From the IMG/VR virus record IMGVR_UViG_3300020718_000024, positions 1-39,117 of that record: 39,117 nucleotides of DNA; one strand, 5' to 3'. This DNA is from a virus. Lineage: Duplodnaviria > Caudoviricetes. The notes under the pieces were generated by a model. The model was not told the origin of the DNA. It saw only the letters and a program-made list of their open reading frames with translations, and made no database searches. The position numbers and the translations under genes were made by a program. Below are positions 26,121-34,786 of the stretch, one piece after another (positions within the stretch are counted from its first letter, which is position 1; the number at the start of each line of letters is the position of its first letter).

Positions 26121-27308
26121 TTAAAAGTTACTATACTGGGTGACACCAAACAGGCCCGGATTAGCGGTTTGAACCATGTAAGGTTGAGGAGACTGACGAA
26201 CAATCAGTTTGTTAGCGCCCGTACCAGAGGTAAATGCGCCAAACGTACCGCGTACGTCGCCAGTTGTGCTTGTTGCTACCGTACGATCCGATGCGACGTA
26301 GTTGGTGGCGGCAGTAATCAACGTCGTAGCCGTCAAAGATGCTGCGTAGTTGACCAAGATATCACCAAATGCGTCCGAACGAATTGGAAAACCAAAAACG
26401 TCCGTCGTATCAACCGAATAAGCATGTGTAGCATCAGCGGCATTGAGAACAACGCTTTTGATGTACTTAAATGCTTTTTTACCCGACACTTGAGAACCAG
26501 CCGTAAGAGTAATGGCCTCAACTAATGGGTAACCATAGCAATCATACCCAGAAACCGTAGCGGTCGTAGCGGTTGCACTTGCTGCGGCGGTAACCGCAAC
26601 AGCACGACCCGCAACAGCCGCCGGATTCCAAAGTGCAATACCCGGAGTCTGTGCATTGTTTGGCACAACGCATTGCTGCACGTTTTGATATGCCAAAGTA
26701 ACCGTACCGGAAGTAGCCGTTAGGTTGGTCGTTGTTTGATATGTACCAGCAACGCCTTGACCAGCAGAACCGCCAGTCAACTGAGATACAACCTGTGTAC
26801 CAGCCGCAGTGCCCTGAGATACCGTACCCGTCGTTGCAATAACAACCATACCAGCCGTAACTGGCATCGCTGAGTTTGCGGTGATGGTCATAACACCGTT
26901 TGAGAACGATGCGGTAACCGACGTGTAAGCATCCGTAGCCAGAACCGTGTCAGTTGCGCCCGTATCCGAACGAACAAAGTTCGTTGAATAGTAGACGCCC
27001 GTCGTAGCGCTGTTGCTGCTATTCAGCGTCAAAGTGGCGCTGGTAGCATTAGCGGAAGTAACGATTGCACCAGCCGCCTTAGTATAAGGAACAGCATTAA
27101 TCGTCGTGATGTTGTCAAAACCCAACCAGCCAAAATCAGCAGCCGATTGAGCTTCACCCGGAAGATAGGTGAATGGAGTGCGGGGGTCCATGATCCCCGC
27201 ACCAGCATAAAATAAAGATGAGCCGCCAATATCCGGATTGTACTCATTCGGAGTAAACGGACTCTGCCCAAAAACCATAACTGGTCCGGAGAATGCAGTA
27301 ATAGACAT
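26121..27308 (-). CDS. Virion structural protein (head decoration/fibre-like)
   Basis: 395 aa, T/A/G-rich, immediately after the MCP; MSITAFSGP start, GKKAFKYI and TGDVRGT motifs. Confidence 0.6.
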   Translation of the reverse strand: MSITAFSGPVMVFGQSPFTPNEYNPDIGGSSLFYAGAGIMDPRTPFTYLPGEAQSAADFGWLGFDNITTINAVPYTKAAGAIVTSANATSATLTLNSSNSATTGVYYSTNFVRSDTGATDTVLATDAYTSVTASFSNGVMTITANSAMPVTAGMVVIATTGTVSQGTAAGTQVVSQLTGGSAGQGVAGTYQTTTNLTATSGTVTLAYQNVQQCVVPNNAQTPGIALWNPAAVAGRAVAVTAAASATATTATVSGYDCYGYPLVEAITLTAGSQVSGKKAFKYIKSVVLNAADATHAYSVDTTDVFGFPIRSDAFGDILVNYAASLTATTLITAATNYVASDRTVATSTTGDVRGTFGAFTSGTGANKLIVRQSPQPYMVQTANPGLFGVTQYSNF

Positions 27309-27320
27309 GGTGCCTTCTCC

Positions 27321-28238
27321 TTACGAGGTTGGGAATGAACCGTAAATTGAACGCCAGTTGTAATAGCCAAGAGAATAACGCTCATAGCCCTTAACAAGAA
27401 GGTTGTCTGTCGTGAAATCCACCTGCATGTCCATTTCAAATGGAATACGCTCCATATATACCAGACCCTTGATGTTTGTCAGCAAGAACCATGCATAGTT
27501 GGAGGTCAAGAAGTCCATGACCATGTAGCCTTCTGGCAGACCGCCACCCGTAAAGAGGATCGCGTTAGTGTCGTTATCTGCCGTGCCCGGACGGAGTTGC
27601 GTCTTCGTAAGACGAATAGCAACTGGTTCAAGCGAAGGAGGAACGATTAACTTACGACCACGGGCAAAGATCTTGATGCCAGCGATATCACGGAAGTTCT
27701 GGCGGATAGAAACCATTGCGTTAAGCAAGGTAGCTTCGTTCAGATCAACCTGTACAGTTGGGGTATTAGCAATCGTCAGACCGCCATCAATAGGATGCGA
27801 CGTGGAGCAAAGTGCCACACCGTCAGCGCCGATGGATGCATTGTACGTGGTTGCCGTGTTGAGCACGTTTGCCGCGTAAATTTCTTTGGTCTGATGGAAC
27901 GATTCAGTCAAACCAAGGTTGGTTGGCTTGAACTGTGCCTTGTAAAGGTTGTCATCAATTGCCTTACGGGTGATAGCGTAGCCAAGCGCAATTTCATTGT
28001 GCTCTTGGTTGTACACATAACGCTCACCAGCGGCGTTATCAAACTGAGTGTTACCACCTTCTTGCTTCAACTGAGCAAGACCAAGGTAACGCATTTCAGC
28101 GGTGCGTTCCAAAGCCATGTTTGACTTGGTGATTTCAAACACCTTGTCGTACTGGGATGGAATCTGCGAATACTTGCCTTCAACTCCACGGAGGCCGGGG
28201 AGGAGAAGGTCACGAATCTGACTGAGATTAATAGCCAT
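27321..28238 (-). CDS. Major capsid protein
   Basis: 305 aa. LLLPGL, KQEGG, ALGYAITRKAIDDNLY, DGVALCSTSHP, KLIVPPSL, WFL and ERYSLG...WRSIYGS, a Mu gpT-like HK97-fold pattern. Confidence 0.9.
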   Translation of the reverse strand: MAINLSQIRDLLLPGLRGVEGKYSQIPSQYDKVFEITKSNMALERTAEMRYLGLAQLKQEGGNTQFDNAAGERYVYNQEHNEIALGYAITRKAIDDNLYKAQFKPTNLGLTESFHQTKEIYAANVLNTATTYNASIGADGVALCSTSHPIDGGLTIANTPTVQVDLNEATLLNAMVSIRQNFRDIAGIKIFARGRKLIVPPSLEPVAIRLTKTQLRPGTADNDTNAILFTGGGLPEGYMVMDFLTSNYAWFLLTNIKGLVYMERIPFEMDMQVDFTTDNLLVKGYERYSLGYYNWRSIYGSFPTS

Positions 28239-28253
28239 TTGAACTTACTCCTA

Positions 28254-28865
28254 TTACGACCCAGCCGTCAGACGGAAGGACTGGTTGTTGAAGGCAACAA
28301 TAATACGATTATATGCGGTCGTCGTATCCGTGCCGTTTGCGCCCGGAGGTGCAGTGACGAGCGACAAGATGCGGAAAGCATACGTTGTAGAAGTGCTGAT
28401 GTTGGCTTGGTTTGCATAAGCCGTGGACTGACCAGTCAAGAGCTGGTAAGCGGCTGGCGATGCAGGTGAGTTACCAGCGTAGTCAATGTTAGAATTGACC
28501 TGAGCCTGAGTAACGGCTGCCGAACCCGACGACTGAACGTTAAACGTTGCCTGCGGGTCAATGATTACGTAAGCCGTAATCGTTGTGCCCGTTGGGACGG
28601 TCGTGCTGGCGGGCCAGTAAGGCGACCAAACAACTTTGTTAACTGAAGAATTGTAATATTCGCAGCCGATGAAAATGCCAAGAACAGCGTTTGTGCCAGC
28701 GGCACCCGCAATTACATAGCCGCCAGAAATCTGGACGGGATCGCCTGAGAAAATGTTTGAAGAATAGCCGGATTGAATGGCGTAGGTTGACTGTCCAAGT
28801 GAACCGTTACGTCCGTCCAAAAATCCTGCAAGTACGAAACCATTGGGCGCAGAAGTGTTCGCCAT
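28254..28865 (-). CDS. Capsid decoration/cement protein
   Basis: 203 aa, MANTSAPNGF...IFSGDPV...GIFIGCEY...YWP...DPQATFNVQ; directly upstream of the MCP; AAGGAG SD. Confidence 0.7.
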   Translation of the reverse strand: MANTSAPNGFVLAGFLDGRNGSLGQSTYAIQSGYSSNIFSGDPVQISGGYVIAGAAGTNAVLGIFIGCEYYNSSVNKVVWSPYWPASTTVPTGTTITAYVIIDPQATFNVQSSGSAAVTQAQVNSNIDYAGNSPASPAAYQLLTGQSTAYANQANISTSTTYAFRILSLVTAPPGANGTDTTTAYNRIIVAFNNQSFRLTAGS

Positions 28866-28961
28866 AGGTCGCTCCTTTTCGGTAGGATAAAATCAGACAG
28901 CGCGTCTGCATATATCCAACGAGGGAAGCCCCCTACGGCGCGTAGAGGAGTTATGAAACAT

Positions 28962-28990
28962 CCTATAACATTATGTTTAAAACAATGCAA
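28962..28990 (-). promoter_or_regulatory. Possible sigma70-like promoter for the capsid operon
   Basis: TTGCAT-17nt-TATAGG (or TAGGAT at 19 nt). Same -35 hexamer as the terS promoter candidate. Confidence 0.35.
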
Positions 28991-28997
28991 TAGGGGT

Positions 28998-29024
28998 AAG
29001 GGGGATAAAAATCCCCCTTTTTTA
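28998..29024. terminator. Hairpin after the 194-aa gene (U-tract is better on the + strand)
   Basis: AAGGGGGAT-AAAA-ATCCCCCTT perfect 9-bp stem, followed by TTTT on the + strand. Confidence 0.55.
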
Positions 29025-29609
29025 TTAGCGTGGAACCTGCATTGGTTCGTAAGATTTACGGATACCCGTCTGCTTACGGTCACGTTCAAAAGTACCAGCG
29101 GGGGCAATACCCAACGCTTTTTCTTTTTGGTTAACCAATTCACGGGCGGTAGAAAGTTCCCGATCTTGAGCAATATTCGTAATTTCTTTAGGGCGTTCCA
29201 TAAGAATCATGCCCTTTTTACGAATAGCACCGCTATGACCAATAGGCATCATGTCCGGATGACGGCGGGTATCCACTGGTTCCCAACCGCCAGACCGCAT
29301 TTCAATCATATGCTGGTCATCCGTCATGCCCGCAATGGATTCGCGCTTCCAATTGTAGTCCCAACCTTCTGGAACCTTGCGCGGATCAATGTAAAACTCA
29401 TCATACATTGATGGGTCCATTGAATCGTCGTTCATTCTGGCCCGCAACTCTTCAGCACGGAGCGCAGCTTCACGAAGACCACGGGTTACGGGTGCTACAC
29501 CCAGTTCTTGGGTGTCATTTTGGCGCAATTCGGTCATGTTTTCTTCCATTTGTTCTGTAATTGGGGTTCTGGCTGGCCGTCCGGGGCCACGTTTAATTGT
29601 TTCTGACAT
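29025..29609 (-). CDS. Head-module hypothetical protein
   Basis: 194 aa between scaffold and decoration protein; GWDYNWKR...GWEPV...GMILMERP. Confidence 0.7.
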   Translation of the reverse strand: MSETIKRGPGRPARTPITEQMEENMTELRQNDTQELGVAPVTRGLREAALRAEELRARMNDDSMDPSMYDEFYIDPRKVPEGWDYNWKRESIAGMTDDQHMIEMRSGGWEPVDTRRHPDMMPIGHSGAIRKKGMILMERPKEITNIAQDRELSTARELVNQKEKALGIAPAGTFERDRKQTGIRKSYEPMQVPR

Positions 29610-29617
29610 GGATTACC

Positions 29618-30553
29618 TCACAGCATGTTCTTTTGTTGATAATACAACTTAGCTTCAAGGTATTCCTCATCGCTCATGTCAATATCACGGGCAGCTTGGC
29701 GTTCAGCGGGGGACAAAGTCATGGTAACCTGTTGTCCAGCACGGAAATTCTGTGCCGAATTGGTCCTTGACACTGGTGCCGCCGCCATAGCTTGGCGGGA
29801 ACGGGGCTGTTGTGCCGCTGGGCGGGAAGGTTCAGCGTCGTAAACACGACTTTCAATGAAAGCAAAGTATTCTGGGGAATCCAATTGAATATTATCCGCC
29901 ACAGCATCATAATGAGCGGCTGTCATGCGGGCTGTTTTAACTGGATCAGTCAATGCATCACGGTGGGAACGTAACCAAGCTTGTGAAGTTGGACTTTGAA
30001 CCGCTTGAATTTGTGCTTCAACAGGGTCAATCGGCTGTTGTTCAACGCGCGGTTGTGGTTGACGTTTTTGTTGTTCAAGGGCTTGAAGTTCATAAGTAAG
30101 TTTTTCTTGAAGAGCTTCTTTGCCTTGAGCCAATTGTGTCAATCTTGACTCAACTTGAGCCATTTGGCGCTGTATTTTGGCGGCTTTTGCATAATCACCT
30201 TCTGATAAAGTGTTTGCATAATCCCTTTCAAGCATTTCAGCATCGCGTTCAAAACTAGCAATAGCATTAACAAACGCAACTAATTGATTGTCTTGTGCCT
30301 GATATTGATAATTTTTAACCTGTAACTGCGCTTGTTGCGCGTATCGCTCAACTTCAGTTTTTTGGCGACGAATTTCTTCTGCCTCACGCCGTTTTTCTTC
30401 CAATTGTTGTTTTAAAAGTTGAATCCCATCTTCATCTTTTAATTTTTCAACTTTAGTGGAAGGTTGCGTGGGAACTGCACCAAGATCCACATCCGCCATT
30501 TGTGATACATTTGGTGCTGTTACGGTAACTTCGGCGGCTTCTAATTCTGACAT
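29618..30553 (-). CDS. Capsid scaffolding protein
   Basis: 311 aa, E/Q-rich coiled coil with C-terminal TLSPAERQAARDIDMSDEEY helix pair; GGAGG SD; upstream of the capsid genes. Confidence 0.72.
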   Translation of the reverse strand: MSELEAAEVTVTAPNVSQMADVDLGAVPTQPSTKVEKLKDEDGIQLLKQQLEEKRREAEEIRRQKTEVERYAQQAQLQVKNYQYQAQDNQLVAFVNAIASFERDAEMLERDYANTLSEGDYAKAAKIQRQMAQVESRLTQLAQGKEALQEKLTYELQALEQQKRQPQPRVEQQPIDPVEAQIQAVQSPTSQAWLRSHRDALTDPVKTARMTAAHYDAVADNIQLDSPEYFAFIESRVYDAEPSRPAAQQPRSRQAMAAAPVSRTNSAQNFRAGQQVTMTLSPAERQAARDIDMSDEEYLEAKLYYQQKNML

Positions 30554-30563
30554 TTATACCTCC

Positions 30564-30962
30564 TCAGAACGCCATATCTGGCTCAGGAATGACCATTTTA
30601 ATTTGAACATCTTGAATAACGTGGCAAAGAACACCGTTAATGTTCAACTTCCAACCGTCTGAGGACCGAAGGACAATCCAGTCACCTTCGTTCACGTCCT
30701 GACCAGCAAAAGCGGTTTTGTCGTCATCAATAAACGCAATCGGACCTTTTTTCAGCACAAGAACTACCTTGCCCTGATATTCGTCTTCTTTGCGGATGCC
30801 ATCTGAGAGGTAAAGGCCGGAGGCCGTACGTTCTGGCCGTTTATATACGGCGCAGAGAATGTTGTTATGCATTACCTTAATTTTGGAAATGTCACCAATT
30901 GCAGTTTTTAACTCCGCTGCGGGGTCAGCCGCATGGAGCATCTTCATAGTCGCAGTCTTCAT
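30564..30962 (-). CDS. groES: GroES-like co-chaperonin
   Basis: RTASGLYLSD mobile loop, GKVVLVLKKGP, VNEGDWIV. Confidence 0.8.
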   Translation of the reverse strand: MKTATMKMLHAADPAAELKTAIGDISKIKVMHNNILCAVYKRPERTASGLYLSDGIRKEDEYQGKVVLVLKKGPIAFIDDDKTAFAGQDVNEGDWIVLRSSDGWKLNINGVLCHVIQDVQIKMVIPEPDMAF

Positions 30963-30965
30963 AAT

Positions 30966-31178
30966 TTATCTCGCTTTTCTATCAATGCCGACAATGTCAT
31001 CCATTGTCTCTTTCGCCCAGATAAGTGCGTCGGATAATCCTTTTAAATACCCAACGCGATTTTTGTAGTCCTCATAGTTTTGGGAGAAACCGTTCAGAAT
31101 GCTTTCTGCCTGTTTCTCCCTTTCTTCTTCAATACGCTCCTCCAATTTGCGGTAGAGGAGCAGGTCCAATGAAGCCAT
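30966..31178 (-). CDS. Small helical hypothetical protein
   Basis: 70 aa, NYEDYKNRVGYLKGL; between the portal-adjacent gene and groES. Confidence 0.7.
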   Translation of the reverse strand: MASLDLLLYRKLEERIEEEREKQAESILNGFSQNYEDYKNRVGYLKGLSDALIWAKETMDDIVGIDRKAR

Positions 31179-31186
31179 AAAACCCC

Positions 31187-32614
31187 TTATTCAGTTCCGT
31201 TTGCTGTAGGCCATTTTTTCTTTTCCAACCTACCAAGACCGGACCCGGAACCATAATCTTTCTCTTGGTATTTTGGCATTACATTACCTACGCGACCGCC
31301 TGACTTGCGGGCCATAGGAGGCATACCACCACGGCCAGCCATCGCCGCCATAAGTTGTGGAGGTAATCCGCCACCCGGTGCTCCGCCCATTGGAGGTGCT
31401 GGAGGCATCATTGGAGGAGCGCCGCCCGGAGGCATTCCGCCGGGAGGCATACCGCCCGCAGGAGGCATCATTGGCGGGACAGGAGGCTGACCCATTCCAA
31501 CACCAGCGCCCAAAGGCCCAGCTTGACCGGATTGTGGGGAAATGATGATGTTGACATTGGTTTTACCCGCTTTAGTGCGACCGCCCGAAGCACGCATTGG
31601 GCGGTTGCCCATTGGATTAAATGGACCTTGACCCATAGGGGGTTGGCCCACACCCGGACGCTGCATCATGCCGGGACGTTGCATCATGCCGGGGCGTTGC
31701 ATCATGCCGGGGCGTTGCATCATAGGATTCATCGCCGTTAATGGTCCGCCATCCATTTTTTTGGAACGGGTTGCCATGCCACCGCTGCACATTTTGCATG
31801 AGCAATCCTTGTGATGCATAGCGCGGCCACCTTCAGCCTTAAATGCTTTTGGCTTAAGGATTTTGTGCATTAACTTTTTATCTTGCGCTTCATCCGTATG
31901 CATAGCGGCACCACCAGATTTACGCATTGGGCGAACTGGCGGGATCATTGGGCTGCCACCCGGAAGTCCCGCAGCGCGTGGGGCTGGGGGAGCGGAAGGA
32001 AGACCCATTTTATTTTTCCGCGCAACCATTGCACCAATTGCCGCTTTTTTCTTTGCGGGGTCCATAGCAAGTAAACCACCGCCAGCTTTATGAATGCGGC
32101 CACCTTTTTTGGCGTTTTGGTTAGGAACTTCAAATTGAGTGTTAGGCTTATCGCGGGTCGGTAATGGGGTATCCGTATCTTGCATAAACCAAGCGGGGCC
32201 ATTTTTTGTAGGCAAACCACGGCCCATACGGTTATCCATTGGATAATTTGATGGGTTTTTCTTTCCAGTTGTTGGAATTTGTGGTTGATTTGGAACCGTT
32301 TCAGGGGCGGTCATTTGACCAACGCGGTTAACGCCATCAAGACCAGAATGATGTTCACGACCCTTACGGGCGGATTTGCCAAGATTCTTATGGGCTTTAT
32401 GACCTTCAACGTTAGCATGTTTGCTAACTTTACCGCCGCGCTTAAAGCGGGATGGGGTAATAGGCATTTTGCCAGCATTGCCACTGTTCAACCCTTCAAA
32501 TGGGGAACCGCCGCGTTCATCCGTAAACGAAGAGCTGCCATCATCCAATTTTAACCCCATGCGCTGCATTTTTGCGGCGGATGCGGCTTTAGCTTCTTTC
32601 TTGTAATCACTCAT
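31187..32614 (-). CDS. Low-complexity basic Pro/Gly/Met-rich protein with about nine x-x-G-G tags
   Basis: 475 aa, AGGAG SD. FKRGGKV, AKKGGRI, HKAGGGL, RKSGGAA, KAEGGRA, MCSGGMA, KMDGGPL, RASGGRT, RKSGGRV; also HHKDCSCKMC. Confidence 0.8.
   Translation of the reverse strand: MSDYKKEAKAASAAKMQRMGLKLDDGSSSFTDERGGSPFEGLNSGNAGKMPITPSRFKRGGKVSKHANVEGHKAHKNLGKSARKGREHHSGLDGVNRVGQMTAPETVPNQPQIPTTGKKNPSNYPMDNRMGRGLPTKNGPAWFMQDTDTPLPTRDKPNTQFEVPNQNAKKGGRIHKAGGGLLAMDPAKKKAAIGAMVARKNKMGLPSAPPAPRAAGLPGGSPMIPPVRPMRKSGGAAMHTDEAQDKKLMHKILKPKAFKAEGGRAMHHKDCSCKMCSGGMATRSKKMDGGPLTAMNPMMQRPGMMQRPGMMQRPGMMQRPGVGQPPMGQGPFNPMGNRPMRASGGRTKAGKTNVNIIISPQSGQAGPLGAGVGMGQPPVPPMMPPAGGMPPGGMPPGGAPPMMPPAPPMGGAPGGGLPPQLMAAMAGRGGMPPMARKSGGRVGNVMPKYQEKDYGSGSGLGRLEKKKWPTANGTE
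31652..31723 (-). repeat. 18-bp tandem repeat x4 encoding MMQRPG
   Basis: + strand unit gccggggcgttgcatcat, four near-identical copies. Confidence 0.9.
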
Positions 32615-32638
32615 AATATACTCCTGCTGCGTCCAGCA

Positions 32639-34783
32639 TTAAACGTTTGGATTTTTCACCAATGATTGAAGATCCGGTTTAATTAACTGTTCCGCCGTAG
32701 AAGCGCTCTCCGGATGAACTGCAATTTCGCGGGCCAGTTGCAACATGGCAATCCGCTCCTTGCTTTCTCTATCAGCCGCATCGTTCTGAGCGTCAGAAAC
32801 GGCATGGGCTTCCTTAACTTTAACTTCCGCCATTTTGGCTTGGGAGTCAACCATTTTAGCTTGCGCTAACATCAATGCGGGGTCTGGTGGTGGCGGACCC
32901 GGAGGCATTGGCGGCATAAACAGATCCATCGCATCTTCAATGCCAAGCATTGTAAGAATCCGCTCATCAACCTTTTTGGGGTCGTAAAGCGTTGGATTCT
33001 GCGTCTGCAATTGTTTAATTGCCATCGCCTTTTGAATACGTACCGCATGAGACGGGGTATTTGGATCAGCAACGGGGACAAGGTTAATATTGTCCAACGC
33101 CGTTACTAATGTTTCCGGCGTCCATTGATAGGCTGGGTATTTGTTATTTTCCCAAAAGGCTTCTGGGCATTCCTTAAACAACTCCTTAAGAAGCTGAAAC
33201 TCACGTGCTTGCGCCGCATGCATGCGTTTATGAACCGCTGATATAACTTTTTGGGCCTGTTCAATTAACGCAATAGTCGTTCCAACGGGAGCTTCAGCAT
33301 TGCCCTCACCCACATTAGTTTCCGATGTGGAAGCCATGCGCTGGCCGCTGGTTTCAATCAATTGCAACAAATTAAGGAACTGACCATCCACACTGCGGTA
33401 TGGGAGGGGCATAATGGCGGATTGAATAGGCTGGCCCGCCGTATCAATAGGCATACCACCGCCCGGTGGGATGCGGAACTCATTGGTGTTTTGCCGCCCA
33501 GCTTGCTTTGCGTATAAGAAGCCGGGGAAGTTAGCAAACATTCCGTTATCAATGCACAACCGCCATCCGGCGGTTAGCGCCATCGTCGTGTTACCCACAA
33601 GGTGTAAAAGGCCAAGACCGTAGAAACCAAAGCCGGGTACGAAGATATAATCAACAAACACTTGCCGACGCAGACACTGTTCATCATCTTCTTTCCACCA
33701 CCGCCTAATTTCCAGAATTTCCGATGACGTTTTGTCAATGGTCACCCGATATGGCAGTTGAAGGCCCGTTGGTCCCTCATCATCCTCATGCTCATAGCCG
33801 GGAAGATCCAATTCGCAATAGCATTCATAAATTTCACGGGGCTGGTTATCCGTATTCGTCATATTGCGGGGGATAACGCCTTGCAATTGTTCAATTTTGT
33901 CCTCAACCACGTTATTCTTGGGTGGTTGCACGGAAGAGAGGGGAACGTTGCGGTACATCCCGACCAATTGCAACCGTTTTAGAGTGCTTGGGGACATTTT
34001 AATGACGTGCGTAATGCGTTGCGCGGTGGATACCGTCGTCTCCGCATTGGAGACAATAATCTCCGGGATACTGACAAATTCAGAAACCGGGCGGCGGCGA
34101 ATTGGGCAATAGTAAACCTTTTTAAAAGCGGTCCCACCAAAGCCTAGCGCAAAGAACATCCGTTCCGTATCCGGATAATATTCCGATGCTGTCACCGTAA
34201 GATAATGATTAAAATCTTTTTCTAACGCTTCCGCCTGTACATCAATATTAGCGCTGCCCAAACCGTCATTGCGGATCTTTACGGGGCCGCTGGATGGGAG
34301 AAGCTCACCACGGGCATTGGCTTGGAAACGAACAATGGACTCAAGAAGGAGGGGGTGGCGGACTGTCGCTTGACCCTCAACCGCCGTTGAACCATCCGTC
34401 GCATTGGATCTGGGCGTCTCAATTTTGGTCCCCAACAGATCAAGGCCCATAACGTATTGTTGGAGGAGTTCTTGGCGGGACTCATTATCCTGTTCAATAA
34501 GCCGTACAAGTTCATTCGCAATTTGGCCTAATGAACTGTTATCCAAATACAACGCAAGATTTTCGTGGAAATCCCCTTCCTCTTCCCCTTCTTTCTTTTG
34601 CGGGCCGCCAAAAGAAATCGTAACGGAGCCATCTGGTAGCTCAACTTTTACGTATGGGGATTTGGGATTAACCTTTACATCCGCATCGCCAGACGCGGTC
34701 AAATCCATATCCATTGCATCAAATTCGTCCGGCGTATTTCCCAAAACGGGAACTTGGCGAATGTTCATGGGCGCTAATGGCAT
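32639..34783 (-). CDS. Portal protein
   Basis: 714 aa after TerL. HPLLLESIVRFQA, GTAFKKVYY, FVPGFGFYGLGL, APVGTTIALIEQ and PVADPN; P22-like with C-terminal helical extension. Confidence 0.88.
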   Translation of the reverse strand: MPLAPMNIRQVPVLGNTPDEFDAMDMDLTASGDADVKVNPKSPYVKVELPDGSVTISFGGPQKKEGEEEGDFHENLALYLDNSSLGQIANELVRLIEQDNESRQELLQQYVMGLDLLGTKIETPRSNATDGSTAVEGQATVRHPLLLESIVRFQANARGELLPSSGPVKIRNDGLGSANIDVQAEALEKDFNHYLTVTASEYYPDTERMFFALGFGGTAFKKVYYCPIRRRPVSEFVSIPEIIVSNAETTVSTAQRITHVIKMSPSTLKRLQLVGMYRNVPLSSVQPPKNNVVEDKIEQLQGVIPRNMTNTDNQPREIYECYCELDLPGYEHEDDEGPTGLQLPYRVTIDKTSSEILEIRRWWKEDDEQCLRRQVFVDYIFVPGFGFYGLGLLHLVGNTTMALTAGWRLCIDNGMFANFPGFLYAKQAGRQNTNEFRIPPGGGMPIDTAGQPIQSAIMPLPYRSVDGQFLNLLQLIETSGQRMASTSETNVGEGNAEAPVGTTIALIEQAQKVISAVHKRMHAAQAREFQLLKELFKECPEAFWENNKYPAYQWTPETLVTALDNINLVPVADPNTPSHAVRIQKAMAIKQLQTQNPTLYDPKKVDERILTMLGIEDAMDLFMPPMPPGPPPPDPALMLAQAKMVDSQAKMAEVKVKEAHAVSDAQNDAADRESKERIAMLQLAREIAVHPESASTAEQLIKPDLQSLVKNPNV

Positions 34784-34786
34784 AGG

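Noticed and set aside
26121-28238. Stop-codon readthrough fusing the MCP to the in-frame 395-aa gene
   Set aside because: The genes are in frame (12-nt spacer), but the stop is TAA and the spacer holds a good SD for independent initiation; in-frame spacing has a one-in-three chance.
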